Assembly (NCBI GenBank): GCA_963820525.1
Contig: CAWGAA010000001.1
Span: 2,294,203-2,358,202, forward strand
Reading direction: 5' to 3'
DNA from: an uncultured Spirochaetota bacterium
Lineage (GTDB): Bacteria; Spirochaetota; Spirochaetia; SZUA-6; Fen-1364
DNA: 64,000 nucleotides
The notes beneath the pieces were generated by a model. That model did not search any database. It was not told where the DNA came from and saw nothing but the letters and a program-made list of their open reading frames with translations. The position numbers were made by a program, and so were the translations under genes. Below, one piece after another: positions 49,231 to 58,855 of this stretch (position 1 is the stretch's first letter; the number at the start of each line of letters is the position of its first letter).

Positions 49231-49569
49231 GGGCCGCCACGCGGCGGCGGTCGGCGGAAGGGCGCCGTTCTGCGTGGTGCAGGATTCGGCGCCTGGATTT
49301 TCAAGGCCGAGCGCCCCCCTCGCGGCGGGGAGATTTCCCAAACAAAAAGCTGGAAACGAACCCGTTTTGACGGTACATTGCGGAGAGAGGGCGCCGAATC
49401 GGGCCCTCGGAGCAGCCGCTCGGAGGCAGCAGCTTTTCGCGCGGCGAGAGTCGCCCCGTATGGGGGGCTCAATGCAACGGTTTCGATCGTCGGAACCGGG
49501 CCGGATCGCCCGAGAGGGGATCAATGGGGGCCGCCGAAACGGCCCGGAAAGGCCAGAGGAGGAATCCGC

Positions 49570-50091
49570 ATGAACAATAAAGTGTTCTCTTTCGACATGG
49601 GAAGGATCATGGACGAAGCGTTCAAGTGCGCCGAGGAGTTCGGCAAGGCCTTCGACCATGAGACTGCGGAGCGGATCCGCCGCGCCGCTGAACATCACGG
49701 GATGGGCCACTTCGGAACGCCGGACTTCTATCCCGGGTATCTCTATCCGCCGGCCAACGTCTACCTCACCAAGGAGAAGAAGCTCATCCTGGAGATCGCC
49801 CTTGCGGGATTCGAGGAGAAGGACATCTCCATCCAGTTCCGGGGAGATTCGCTTCTGTTCTCGGTAAAGGCTCCGGCGGCGGGCGAATCGGAGGAGAGCG
49901 TGCAATACTTCAAGCGCCGGCTGAAGTTCAGGGACATCGAGGAACAGCGCTATTACGTTCCCGCGGACAAGTTCGACCAAGCCGCCACGAGCGCGACCTT
50001 CAAGAACGGGCTCCTGCGCGTCGTCATTCCCCCGAAGGAGCAGGCCGAACAGGGCGCCGAGATCAAGGTGGATATCAAGACCGAGGGCTAG
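49570..50091 (+). CDS. Hsp20/alpha-crystallin small heat-shock protein.
   Basis: Start reassigned to ATG 49570 (MNNKVF) with AGGAGG SD. ACD with LLRVVIP near the C-terminus. Confidence 0.85.
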   Translation: MNNKVFSFDMGRIMDEAFKCAEEFGKAFDHETAERIRRAAEHHGMGHFGTPDFYPGYLYPPANVYLTKEKKLILEIALAGFEEKDISIQFRGDSLLFSVKAPAAGESEESVQYFKRRLKFRDIEEQRYYVPADKFDQAATSATFKNGLLRVVIPPKEQAEQGAEIKVDIKTEG

Positions 50092-50145
50092 GCCCAGGGG
50101 AGGTCCCTCTCTGGACAGAGACCGGTTTCGGAGTATCATCGAAGC

Positions 50146-51522
50146 ATGAGTTCGGCCTTCGGTCCCGAAGCCGAGCCCCTTTACACGCACGAGCCTCCCG
50201 CGGTATACAGACCGCTGCACACGTCCCGGTTGGAAAGGAGGAAGACACCGCCCGTGCGCTTCGTGCATCGCATCACCCGGTTCGTCTTGCTTTTAGCGGC
50301 CGCCGCGGCGCTCGCCCGGCCCCCGTTCTCAGGGGCTCTCCCTGCGGTCTCCACCGCAAACTCGGAGCCGGTCCCCCTCACTCTAGCGGCCCGCTCCGCC
50401 ATTCTCATCGACCAGGCCACCGGCCGCGTGCTGTTCGAGAGGAACGCGGATACTCCGCTCCCCCCCGCTTCGCTCACAAAGCTGATGACGCTCCACCTCG
50501 TCTACCGGAAGCTGGAAGACCGCTCCATCGAGCCCGATGACGTGGTGACCATCTCCACCAATGCGTGGGCCCTCCACCAGGCCCCCGGCTCCTCGCTCAT
50601 GAACCTGGAGCCCGGGCAAATCGTCACGGTGGAAGAGCTCATGAAAGGGATGGCGGTCGCTTCGGGCAACGACGCGGCCACCGCTCTCGCCGAATACGTC
50701 GCCGGGACCAAGGAGAAGTTCGTCCAGCTGATGAACGAGGAATGCAGCTGGTTCGGCTACAAGAGCATGCACTTCACGGATCCCGCCGGAGTGGATGAGT
50801 CCAACAGGGTGACGGCGCGGGAGTTCGCCGATTTCTGCCGCCATTACATCGAGCTCCACCCCCAGTCGCTCTCCCAGCTGCTCTCGATACGGGAGTTCGA
50901 GTACCCCCAGCCCAGGAATCTGCCCGAAAGATGGCCCGAGGAGCGCAGGCTGAAAGTGAAGCCGGTAAAGCAGTTCAATGGCAACTTCCTGGTATGGAAC
51001 GGGATCGACGGCCTGAAGACGGGGCACCTCGATGAAGAGAACTTCACCGCGGCCATAACGATGAAAGAGGGGGACACGAGGCTGATAGCGATTGTTCTGG
51101 GGGTCCCGGGACGCACTCTCTCGGAAGGCTACCGCCAGCGCGCGGAGGACTGTCTTGCGCTCTTGTACTATGGACTGCGCACCTTCGCCACGCAGGCCGT
51201 CGATATTCAGCCAATCAAGCCGCTTCGAGTATGGAAAGGAGCCCGAGAAACCGTGGCCGTGGCGCCCTCCGGCCCTCTCCATGTGACGGTAAGGAAGAGC
51301 GAGTTCGATAAGATCTCCTACTCGATCGTGACCTCCTCAGCGGTTGTCGCCCCCCTGCGCAAAGGCCAGAAGGTGGGAGATATCGTCTTCTACAGCGGAA
51401 CCGAGGAGATCGCGCGCTACGGCCTGCAAGCCGCGGAGGACCTCGAAGAGGCCGGGATCTTCAAGCGGGCCTGGGACGCCGTATTGATGAGCGTTGACAC
51501 GCTGTTGGGGGGCGTCGGCTAG
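50146..51522 (+). CDS. D-alanyl-D-alanine carboxypeptidase (peptidase S11, PBP5-like).
   Basis: SLTK (SxxK), SGND (SxN), KTGHL (KTG). The signal peptide lies ~aa 35-60, so the true start may be an internal GTG (~50254). Confidence 0.8.
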   Translation: MSSAFGPEAEPLYTHEPPAVYRPLHTSRLERRKTPPVRFVHRITRFVLLLAAAAALARPPFSGALPAVSTANSEPVPLTLAARSAILIDQATGRVLFERNADTPLPPASLTKLMTLHLVYRKLEDRSIEPDDVVTISTNAWALHQAPGSSLMNLEPGQIVTVEELMKGMAVASGNDAATALAEYVAGTKEKFVQLMNEECSWFGYKSMHFTDPAGVDESNRVTAREFADFCRHYIELHPQSLSQLLSIREFEYPQPRNLPERWPEERRLKVKPVKQFNGNFLVWNGIDGLKTGHLDEENFTAAITMKEGDTRLIAIVLGVPGRTLSEGYRQRAEDCLALLYYGLRTFATQAVDIQPIKPLRVWKGARETVAVAPSGPLHVTVRKSEFDKISYSIVTSSAVVAPLRKGQKVGDIVFYSGTEEIARYGLQAAEDLEEAGIFKRAWDAVLMSVDTLLGGVG

Positions 51523-51613
51523 GGCGAGAAGGCCGTTCCAGCGCACGCTCGACGCGGCATCCGCCTGCTTCGACTCACACACGACGCGGCGCCTGCTCGC
51601 TTCGGCGCCCGCC

Positions 51614-52723
51614 CTATGGGTACTGTTTCTTCAATCTTCCCAGCATCCCGAGGTATTCGAGGCCCGTTACGGGCTCATCCGGCTTGAAGCTCACGCCGTC
51701 GGGAAGATCCATGATCTCCCGCTCCACCACCCCCAAAGCAGCATCGAACCAGGGGGCATCACGGGGGATGTCCGAAACGGGGCTGACTGAGTATTTGAGG
51801 CTGTATTTTTCCAGAAGCTTCGGGTCCCTCTCCATGCGGGCCACGATTCCCCAGAGAAAGAAGGCCACCTGTTTCCTCGACACGGTCGAGTCGAGGGGGG
51901 CTTCCGGCTCGAGGAGGATTCCTGCCTGATCGAGGGCGGAAAGAACCGATTCCGCCGCCGGCGTGGGATTGGTCGAGAGAGCGGAGAGGAGGCGGGTTTC
52001 GGCAAAGACCCGCTCAACCATGGCGCGAACGGTAAGCTGCCCTTCGAGGGTCTGTGCCTGCTCGGGGGGCGTGATCGAGCCCGTGTCCCTGGCGGCTTGC
52101 GCCATGGAGAATGCCCGGTCGCGGTCTGCGGCATAGAGATCCCGATAGCGGGGATCCAGGCCCCGAAGCCCTTCATCCAGGTCCTGGGCAGCCTCCGCAT
52201 AGCGTCCCGCCCTGAAAAGCTCCTCGCCCCTCTCGCAGAGAATTCGGGATTTCTTCTCCGCCTTCTTCGCACCCAGCTCGAGGACGGCAAGGCGCTTCGC
52301 AGCATCCGCCTCCAGGCCGGCGCGAACGAGCCAGAGGCCCTCATCCGTGTCGGCGAGCACAGCGGCGGCATCGGCGAACCCCATGGCGGCAGGGCGATCT
52401 TTGGCGAGCAGCGCCGCCTCGCCGCGCAGCGAGGCGCAGCGCGCCTGCACCCTGCGGTTCAAGCCGGGCTTTCCGGCAAATCTCGCGAGCTCAGCCTGGA
52501 GCGCCGCCAAGCCGGCAGCATCGGGAGCGAGCCGCAGATCGAGGAGGCGAAGCTCAAGGGAATCGAGGGCTGCCTGCTCCTGTTCTCCCGAGCTTTGCGC
52601 GATGAGGTCTGCGGGGCCGCTCTGGCATGAGGCGAGAGCGAGGAGGATGCCCGCGGCAAGCGATGCAAGGAGAGTGATCGCGCCAAGCGGCGCCTTTTGA
52701 CAGCCGGAAACGCGGCGGGTCAT
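51614..52723 (-). CDS. Lipoprotein with TPR-like helical repeats, function unknown.
   Basis: Lipobox LALASC. Ala/Leu-rich repeats. 4-nt overlap with the upstream gene. Confidence 0.45.
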   Translation of the reverse strand: MTRRVSGCQKAPLGAITLLASLAAGILLALASCQSGPADLIAQSSGEQEQAALDSLELRLLDLRLAPDAAGLAALQAELARFAGKPGLNRRVQARCASLRGEAALLAKDRPAAMGFADAAAVLADTDEGLWLVRAGLEADAAKRLAVLELGAKKAEKKSRILCERGEELFRAGRYAEAAQDLDEGLRGLDPRYRDLYAADRDRAFSMAQAARDTGSITPPEQAQTLEGQLTVRAMVERVFAETRLLSALSTNPTPAAESVLSALDQAGILLEPEAPLDSTVSRKQVAFFLWGIVARMERDPKLLEKYSLKYSVSPVSDIPRDAPWFDAALGVVEREIMDLPDGVSFKPDEPVTGLEYLGMLGRLKKQYP

Positions 52724-55380
52724 TTGCCCCTTCCCATGGAATAACCGTAGATCTTCCCGTCGATCCCCGCCGTCAGGAAGTCAACGGCGCCGTCGCCGTT
52801 CACGTCGATCAGCTGGGGCCGCGACACGCCCTTCACGGGAAATCCGCCGAGGGGGCGCAGGGAAGCGTCGTATCCGCAGATAAAGGCCCCCGACCCGTAG
52901 AGGAGGAGGTCCTGGCGGCCGTTTCCGAAGAGGTCCGCGACCAGGATCCGGGCTTTCTTGCCGTCGAGGTCGGCCACGCTCGTCTGCCTGATGACGGCGC
53001 CGTCCAGCCCAATGATGCTCACGCCGCCGTCTTGTGAAAGCGTCACCAGGGCGGACGCCCCATCATCCAGACGGATCTGCTGCGGAGTGGCGTAATAGAC
53101 TCCCGGCAGCGAAAGGGGGAAAGGGGCGACGGGCTTTCCGGCGATGTCCCAGAGATGGAGCGAGCCCGCCTGGGTCATGAATGCGACGAGGTTCGACTCG
53201 CCCGCGTGGACGAACCGCGGAGAGCAGAATGAGATGCCGGAGGCATCGACGGGCCAGCCGGCGGCCTCGGTACCATCGAGGTCGGCGAGGTGCACCTTCG
53301 AGTCGAAGCTCTTCGGGAAAAATGCAAGCCGTCCCGGCGGGGAGTAGTCGGGCGGGGCAAAGAGGGGAGCCTCCAGCTTCTCCGGGAAAACGCTTCGCTC
53401 GCCATCCTCACCGATCAGAACGAGAGCCGAGTCCGCCTTTGAGTAGAGAGCGAGCTTTCCGCCGACGCACTTCGGGGGCATGGGGCCGGAGATCCCGGTT
53501 GCCATGGGAAAGGGAGGGTGAACCTTCAGGTCCGGGCCGAAGCGCCAGACCGTTCCCCCCGGAGAGACCGCCCAGACCGCGGCCATTGCCCCTCCGTCCT
53601 CTCCATCGGCGACGAGGGTCGAATCGGGCTCCAGCTTCTCCTCTCTGATCGGGGTCCCGTCGGCTTCAGCAAAAACGAGGGCGGATCCTTCCCGCAGCCA
53701 GGCAAGCGTCGTCCTGCTATTGTCACGGAAATGGAATGCAAGAACATCTGCCGACACCCCCCCATCGGGAGAAAGCGGGAACCCGGGCAGGAGCTTGAGG
53801 CCGAGCCGCTCGCCGTGCGCGGCCGAGAGCGCCACCCGCAGCCCCGCCGGGGTGGCGCGGACGGCGGCGACGCCGCGGCCATAGAGCCGCAGGACATCGG
53901 CAAGAAGCCCGGATCCGCGGATGAAGAACGGCTCGGTCCGTTCGATATCGTACCAGAGAAGGAGGGAGGCGTCCGAGGGAATGCCCTGGCTCAGCCTGGC
54001 GAACAGAGAAACATGGGCGAGATTATCCGCCGTGTCTCCTGCCTTGGCGACGGCAGCCAGATTCTGGGCGTCCAGTGAGAGAAAGAAATAGCCGCCGAGC
54101 GTGATGAAATACGGCTCGGGCACGTTCATGCCGATCGTGTCGAGAATGGTCTTCAGGTACCAGGGAATGGAGATCCGGTCGATACGAACCCCGTCGAGCA
54201 CGAGTGAGCTGTCCTTGGTGGCCACGAGGGATTTGGTGATCTTGTCCATCGCGCGCTTGTACGCTCCCCTGTCGGCTATCCGCGCGAAGAAGACGGGATC
54301 CCCCGACTCCTCGGCCATGAACGCGCCGATCTCGGCGCCCACCCAGGAAAAGAGAAGCTCGTCTATCCCCGCCCCTACCACGGTTCGCGCTCCCGAGTCG
54401 GCCCGAGTGTAGATCCCCTCCACGTCGGCGCCCTGGAATGCGGCGGCCAGGCGATACATGTCGGCAAGGGGGGCGACATTGGAAACCGACAGGAAGTAGG
54501 AGGAGGCGGGGACATAGCGGAGCACTCCGATCGGAGCGGGGTTCCTGGCGAGGGTCTGAGACAACTCCGGCATCGTGACCTCAAGGGGGAGATCCGCGCC
54601 GAGGGTCAGGCGGTCCGGCCCAAGCTCGACGTCGAGCATCGACTGGCCCGGGAGCTCCATTGAGTCGAGGAGCTTGGCCCCAATTCCGCTTCCCGAGAGA
54701 AGCTCCGAGGAAAGGCTTCGGGTGTCGGCCAGCACGCGGACCGCGCGGCCGCTTCGAAGCCGCACCCGGTCCAGAAGCTCGCGGCTCGCCCTGGCTGCGA
54801 GCCCGCTATCCGACGCCCGGCGCGCCAGGGCATCCTTGACGACGTCGGGATCCAGAGAGACGATCGCGATGTCGTTCATAAAAGCGGCGTGGATCGTGGT
54901 CTCCCCCGTCTTGTAGCGGTACATCGGAATTCCAGATTCGTTGAGGAAGCTGAAACCCTTGATATTGAGCACGGGGCCGACCAGGCGCGCCAGTGGCGTG
55001 AACATTCCGCGCCATCCCAGCGGCACAACCGCAAGAAGCTTGCGGTTCTGTAGGAGCATGATGTCGGCCTGCACGTCGAGGAGGTTGCGCAGGATCGGCG
55101 AGCGCGTGAGGGCCAGGCCGCGGGCGCTGGTCACGACTCGGCGGTACTGGGCGAGGTCGGGCCGTGCCAGGACCGCATCGGCAACCTCCAGGTTGAGCCA
55201 CTCCTCGAAGATGCCGCGGATGGAAGGAACCTGGAGGTAGGCCATGTACTTGTCGGGGAGGAAGGCGGCGGGGTCCTCACGATGAGCCAGCCAGCGGAAA
55301 AAGAGCACCCCGATAGCCAGCACCATCGCGCAGAGGATTCCGAGCAAAACCTTGAGCAGAACGCTGAAGAATCTTTTCAT
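52720..55380 (-). CDS. Membrane-anchored 886-aa protein with C-terminal FG-GAP/beta-propeller-like repeats.
   Basis: N-terminal TM (VLLKVLLGILCAMVLAIGVLFF). C-terminal ...DVNGDGAVDFLTAGIDGKIYGY and ...FGNGRQDLLLYGSGAF FG-GAP-like motifs. Confidence 0.5.
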   Translation of the reverse strand: MKRFFSVLLKVLLGILCAMVLAIGVLFFRWLAHREDPAAFLPDKYMAYLQVPSIRGIFEEWLNLEVADAVLARPDLAQYRRVVTSARGLALTRSPILRNLLDVQADIMLLQNRKLLAVVPLGWRGMFTPLARLVGPVLNIKGFSFLNESGIPMYRYKTGETTIHAAFMNDIAIVSLDPDVVKDALARRASDSGLAARASRELLDRVRLRSGRAVRVLADTRSLSSELLSGSGIGAKLLDSMELPGQSMLDVELGPDRLTLGADLPLEVTMPELSQTLARNPAPIGVLRYVPASSYFLSVSNVAPLADMYRLAAAFQGADVEGIYTRADSGARTVVGAGIDELLFSWVGAEIGAFMAEESGDPVFFARIADRGAYKRAMDKITKSLVATKDSSLVLDGVRIDRISIPWYLKTILDTIGMNVPEPYFITLGGYFFLSLDAQNLAAVAKAGDTADNLAHVSLFARLSQGIPSDASLLLWYDIERTEPFFIRGSGLLADVLRLYGRGVAAVRATPAGLRVALSAAHGERLGLKLLPGFPLSPDGGVSADVLAFHFRDNSRTTLAWLREGSALVFAEADGTPIREEKLEPDSTLVADGEDGGAMAAVWAVSPGGTVWRFGPDLKVHPPFPMATGISGPMPPKCVGGKLALYSKADSALVLIGEDGERSVFPEKLEAPLFAPPDYSPPGRLAFFPKSFDSKVHLADLDGTEAAGWPVDASGISFCSPRFVHAGESNLVAFMTQAGSLHLWDIAGKPVAPFPLSLPGVYYATPQQIRLDDGASALVTLSQDGGVSIIGLDGAVIRQTSVADLDGKKARILVADLFGNGRQDLLLYGSGAFICGYDASLRPLGGFPVKGVSRPQLIDVNGDGAVDFLTAGIDGKIYGYSMGRGK

Positions 55381-55471
55381 GCTACCCCAACCTTCGCGGA
55401 CAAAATAGCTTAAAAACAGCGGGGACGCAATCGGCTGAGGACAAGGACGGGGCGAAGAAGATTCGACTGGC

Positions 55472-55526
55472 TTCTAAAATGGTGGTTTTAGAAATCGTTG
55501 ACAAATGCAATCTGATGATCTATAGT
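55472..55526 (+). promoter_or_regulatory. Sigma70-type promoter (TTGACA-17 nt-TATAGT) preceded by inverted repeat TTCTAAAA-N6-TTTTAGAA (candidate operator). Lies in a low-GC islet.
   Basis: Read directly: -35 at 55498..55503, -10 at 55521..55526, a second TATAAT at 55531..55536, AAGGGAGG SD 5 nt before ATG 55587. Confidence 0.6.
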
Positions 55527-55586
55527 ATCTTATAATTATATAGGTGGGCGGCAAGAACATCTATTTAGAAAGAAAGGGAGGAATTT

Positions 55587-55922
55587 ATGAACAGAGCTAT
55601 CCTGAAAAAGATCGTTTACTTGGCGATCGCGCTTTCTTTTGTTGGGCTGATGATCGGGTGCAGTCTCAAGTCAGATGAAGAAGCAATCATAGGTAAGTGG
55701 GCATATGCGTATGTCATCGAGGCTTACAATTTCACATCAGATGGAAATGTAATTATAGCGGGTACCATACCAGGCACATGGACAATGGATACAGGATCGA
55801 AACATCTGACTATTACTCCTACAGGCGGCTCCAGCACCACCTACGACTATTCTTTCAGTTCAGATAAAAACACGCTTACACTTGACTCCGGATCCGGCGC
55901 AATGACTTTCACGAGAATGTAA
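55587..55922 (+). CDS. Small (111 aa) lipoprotein of unknown function encoded in an AT-rich (~42% GC) islet.
   Basis: Lipobox GLMIGCS. Codon usage and GC are sharply different from the flanks. Strong promoter and SD. Confidence 0.7.
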   Translation: MNRAILKKIVYLAIALSFVGLMIGCSLKSDEEAIIGKWAYAYVIEAYNFTSDGNVIIAGTIPGTWTMDTGSKHLTITPTGGSSTTYDYSFSSDKNTLTLDSGSGAMTFTRM

Positions 55923-55958
55923 CTGTTTTATCAACCCGGCTTGAATCTCGACGAAGGT

Positions 55959-55987
55959 GCGGCCGCACAGGCCGCCCTTTTTTTGCT
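55959..55987 (+). terminator. Rho-independent terminator (GCGGCC-gcaca-GGCCGC then T7).
   Basis: Hairpin plus TTTTTTT directly after the small lipoprotein gene. Embedded in the 12-bp palindrome GTGCGGCCGCAC. Confidence 0.6.
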
Positions 55988-56014
55988 CCTTGGCAGGCTC
56001 ACCGCCAAAGAGAA

Positions 56015-56038
56015 CGGCCGCCCCTTTCGGGGCGGCCG
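56015..56038 (-). terminator. GC-rich 10-bp hairpin CGGCCGCCCC-tttc-GGGGCGGCCG. Possible minus-strand terminator or structured element.
   Basis: Perfect stem. A T-rich run follows on the minus strand only. Confidence 0.35.
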
Positions 56039-56192
56039 CCTGGAATCCGCCGAAGCGGATCCCGACAGATTTGACTGTCTAGATGCCAAACCCCTCAAGG
56101 TCCGGCGATTGAGATTCGATTCCCATTCTGCACCTCCTTTCCTTGCTGTTCGAAAGCGTGAACTTCCGTCCGCGGCCGGATTTTCGATATGA

Positions 56193-56222
56193 AAAGAGCC
56201 ACCCTGCCAGGGTGGCTCTCGT
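56193..56222 (-). terminator. Rho-independent terminator for the FHA gene.
   Basis: AGAGCCACCCTG/CAGGGTGGCTCT stem followed by TTTTC on the minus strand. Confidence 0.55.
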
Positions 56223-56242
56223 ACCCCGATATCCGGTCCTTT

Positions 56243-56629
56243 CTACTTCTTCTCTATCTCTTCCTCGATATAGAATCGAAGGATCGTGTTTCCCAGGACG
56301 ATGCGGTCCCCGTAATGGAGTTGGGTCTTTCCCTTCAGCTGTTTCGAGTTGAGGTACGTCGAGTTCGTGGAGCCCAGGTCCTCGAGGAAGAACTCTCCCT
56401 TCTCGTCTATGCTGACGGAGCAGTGCTTCCGGCTTAAAAGCGGATCGGGTATGGCAAGATCGCACTCGTGGTGCCGCCCGACGATGACCCCGGAGCCGCC
56501 AACGACGCACGACTTTCCGAAGAAATCAGGCGAGAGAACCACCAGGAGGGCTTTCTTGCCCAAAAACCCGGCGGCCTTGAGCTTCCTGTGATCTTCGCTT
56601 AAAAGTGTTTTTTCGTTTTCGTCTGCCAT
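56243..56629 (-). CDS. FHA (forkhead-associated) domain protein.
   Basis: Start reassigned to ATG 56629 (MADENEKT) with GGAGGA SD. FHA motifs GR..CD..I....SR.H and NGT/NSTYLN. Confidence 0.7.
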   Translation of the reverse strand: MADENEKTLLSEDHRKLKAAGFLGKKALLVVLSPDFFGKSCVVGGSGVIVGRHHECDLAIPDPLLSRKHCSVSIDEKGEFFLEDLGSTNSTYLNSKQLKGKTQLHYGDRIVLGNTILRFYIEEEIEKK

Positions 56630-56738
56630 CGTGCCCCCGATCCTCCAAACGTGAGTATTCGTCCGGCTCTGCCTCCTGTCAAGGCGCGGGTGGAGGGTCG
56701 CGACGTGGCCGCCGGACATTGGCGGCGCCGGGCCCGCT

Positions 56739-57617
56739 TCAGCCCGCGAAAATCCGCTCGAGAGCCTCTCGCATCACCCCGGCATCTACATCGACGCCGG
56801 TCCAGTACTTGATCCCGATCACCCCCTGCTCCACCAGCATCGCCAGACCGTCGATCACCCGGCATCCCCGCTCCGTGGCCGTGGAGATCAGGTGGGTGCG
56901 CGGAGGATTCGGGATGACGTCGGCCACCAGCATGCGCGAGGAAAGGGTGTCGAAATCGACATCGAGGCGCGCCGAAACGTCGGGAAAAAGGCCGATCGAG
57001 GTGGCATTGATCACGACGTCTGTCGAATCGGGAATGCTGTAGCGAGGCGTCCAGGCTGAAAGCTCGGCGGGAACCCTGAGCGCTGCCCCGAGCAGATCGA
57101 CAAGTTCCCTCCCCCTGCTCTTCGTGCGATTGACAATGGTGATCGCCGCTGCCCCGGCCAGAGCGGCCTCCACGGAGATTGCCCGGGCCGCCCCCCCAGC
57201 GCCGAAGATCAGGAAGCGCTTTCCCTTGGGATCGATGCGTTCTCCGAGGGACTTGAGGAATCCCTTTCCGTCCGTGTTTTCGCCGATAAGCTTGTCCCCC
57301 CGCCGAACGACACAGTTGACGGCGCCCATGAGGGCCGCCGATTCGCCCAGACCGTCAAGGTGGCGGACAACCGCCACCTTGTGGGGGATGGTGCAGTTGA
57401 AGCCGGCAAAGCCCATGGCCCGGGCCCCGCGCACGGCGTCTTCGAGCCCTGCCGGGTCGACCTCAATGGTGAGATATCGCCAGTCGAGTGAATGATGCCG
57501 GTATGCGGCCTCGACCATGGCCTGAGTCGGGTTTTCCGCGACGGGCTTGCCGAACACCGCGGTAAGCTCCTGCTTGAAGCTCAATTGCTTTGCCATGGCG
57601 CCCTCCGATGCCGCCAT
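56739..57617 (-). CDS. aroE: Shikimate 5-dehydrogenase.
   Basis: NCTIPHK, GAGGAARA Rossmann motif, GxGMLxxQG-like C-terminus. Confidence 0.85.
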   Translation of the reverse strand: MAASEGAMAKQLSFKQELTAVFGKPVAENPTQAMVEAAYRHHSLDWRYLTIEVDPAGLEDAVRGARAMGFAGFNCTIPHKVAVVRHLDGLGESAALMGAVNCVVRRGDKLIGENTDGKGFLKSLGERIDPKGKRFLIFGAGGAARAISVEAALAGAAAITIVNRTKSRGRELVDLLGAALRVPAELSAWTPRYSIPDSTDVVINATSIGLFPDVSARLDVDFDTLSSRMLVADVIPNPPRTHLISTATERGCRVIDGLAMLVEQGVIGIKYWTGVDVDAGVMREALERIFAG

Positions 57618-57768
57618 TCTACCCGGATTCGACGCGCGGTCAAAGAATTGGCATGGGCGAAGAGAACACCGGCCCGCTTCAAAAAGGTTTCAGATCCCCA
57701 GCGTGAGGACAGGCCGGTGTCACGGCTGGTTCGTCAGGGAGAGAGAGAGGATGAGGGGAAGCTCGGAA

Positions 57769-58350
57769 TCAGCCGGCTTTCTGGTATTCCGGCTCGTTTC
57801 CCGGCTTCCACTTGATGCTGCAGCCCATGCTGGGGCGCTGCTCGGCCGGCACGGCTTTTCCCGCGAGCACCGCGTCCAGGGCACGGCGAAGGTCCGTGCC
57901 CGTGATGGGCACGTTGTTTCCCGGCCTGCTGGAATCCATTTGTCCGCGATAGACGAGCTTCCTCTGCTTGTCGAAGAGGAAAAAGTCCGGCGTGCATGCG
58001 GCGCGGTACGCCTTGGCGATCTCCTGGATCTCGTCATAGAGGTAGGGGAAGGTGTATCCTGCGGCCTTCGCCTCCTTCGCCATCCCCTGAGGCCCATCCT
58101 CCGGATGGCTGGCCGGATCGTTGGCGCTGATCCCCACCACCGCCACGCCCTTGGCCTGGTACTCCTTGATGAGGCTCACCAGCGCTTTCTGCACGTGCTT
58201 CACGTACGGGCAGTGGTTGCACATGAAGATAACGAGGAGCGCCGGCGCCGTCTTGAAATCGCCCAGCGATACTGTCTTTCCGTGAACGTCGGGGAGCTTG
58301 AAAAATGGTGCGGGGGTGCCGAGGGAAATCATCGTCGATGTCGCCGCCAT
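57769..58350 (-). CDS. Thioredoxin-fold (TlpA/AhpC-TSA-like) protein.
   Basis: CNHC active-site motif. 193 aa. Confidence 0.75.
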   Translation of the reverse strand: MAATSTMISLGTPAPFFKLPDVHGKTVSLGDFKTAPALLVIFMCNHCPYVKHVQKALVSLIKEYQAKGVAVVGISANDPASHPEDGPQGMAKEAKAAGYTFPYLYDEIQEIAKAYRAACTPDFFLFDKQRKLVYRGQMDSSRPGNNVPITGTDLRRALDAVLAGKAVPAEQRPSMGCSIKWKPGNEPEYQKAG

Positions 58351-58855
58351 GTCTTTCTCCTTCCTTTGAGATGCTCACATTCAGATTACTCACGCGCAAT
58401 GGGAAAGTCAAAAATCCAGGTGCCGTTTGCCCGCCATCGTTTCATTTCGGTACCTATGAAGAGAATGTCGGCGCTCGCGCTGATCGCTTTGCGAGATGCA
58501 GTCCTACGACTACCAGCTCACCCCGGCGGAGAAGGATGCGCTGATCACGCTGATGCGGGACGGAGTGCGCCTGGTAAATGTCGCCTCCACCAACAAGACG
58601 ACGATCGACCCATCCTGAACAGCGGCCAGAACCTCGTGGCAGAGCTCAGTCACACCCAGGCTGAGGAGTTTCTCTCCAACCTGAGCAGGGCGACGACCGA
58701 GGGAGACGACTTCCAGAGGCAGGTCAAGCTGTTTCAGTAGGGCGCGGGGATTCTCCGCGCATGATGCACCCGGGCCGCCGTTTCCGCGCGTGGCCTGCAC
58801 GGCCCTAAAAAATAGTGTTTGACTCGACCCCGCCTTCCCGGTTTATCGTGCTCGG

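Noticed and set aside
49378-49569. 5' extension of the Hsp20 ORF.
   Set aside because: An AGGAGG SD immediately precedes the internal ATG 49570, and the upstream translation is Arg/Gly-rich.
57547-58454. 397-aa + ORF overlapping the thioredoxin-family gene.
   Set aside because: It is antisense to a gene with a CxxC thioredoxin motif. Only its 3' ~280 nt, which are not antisense to anything, were kept as a speculative finding.
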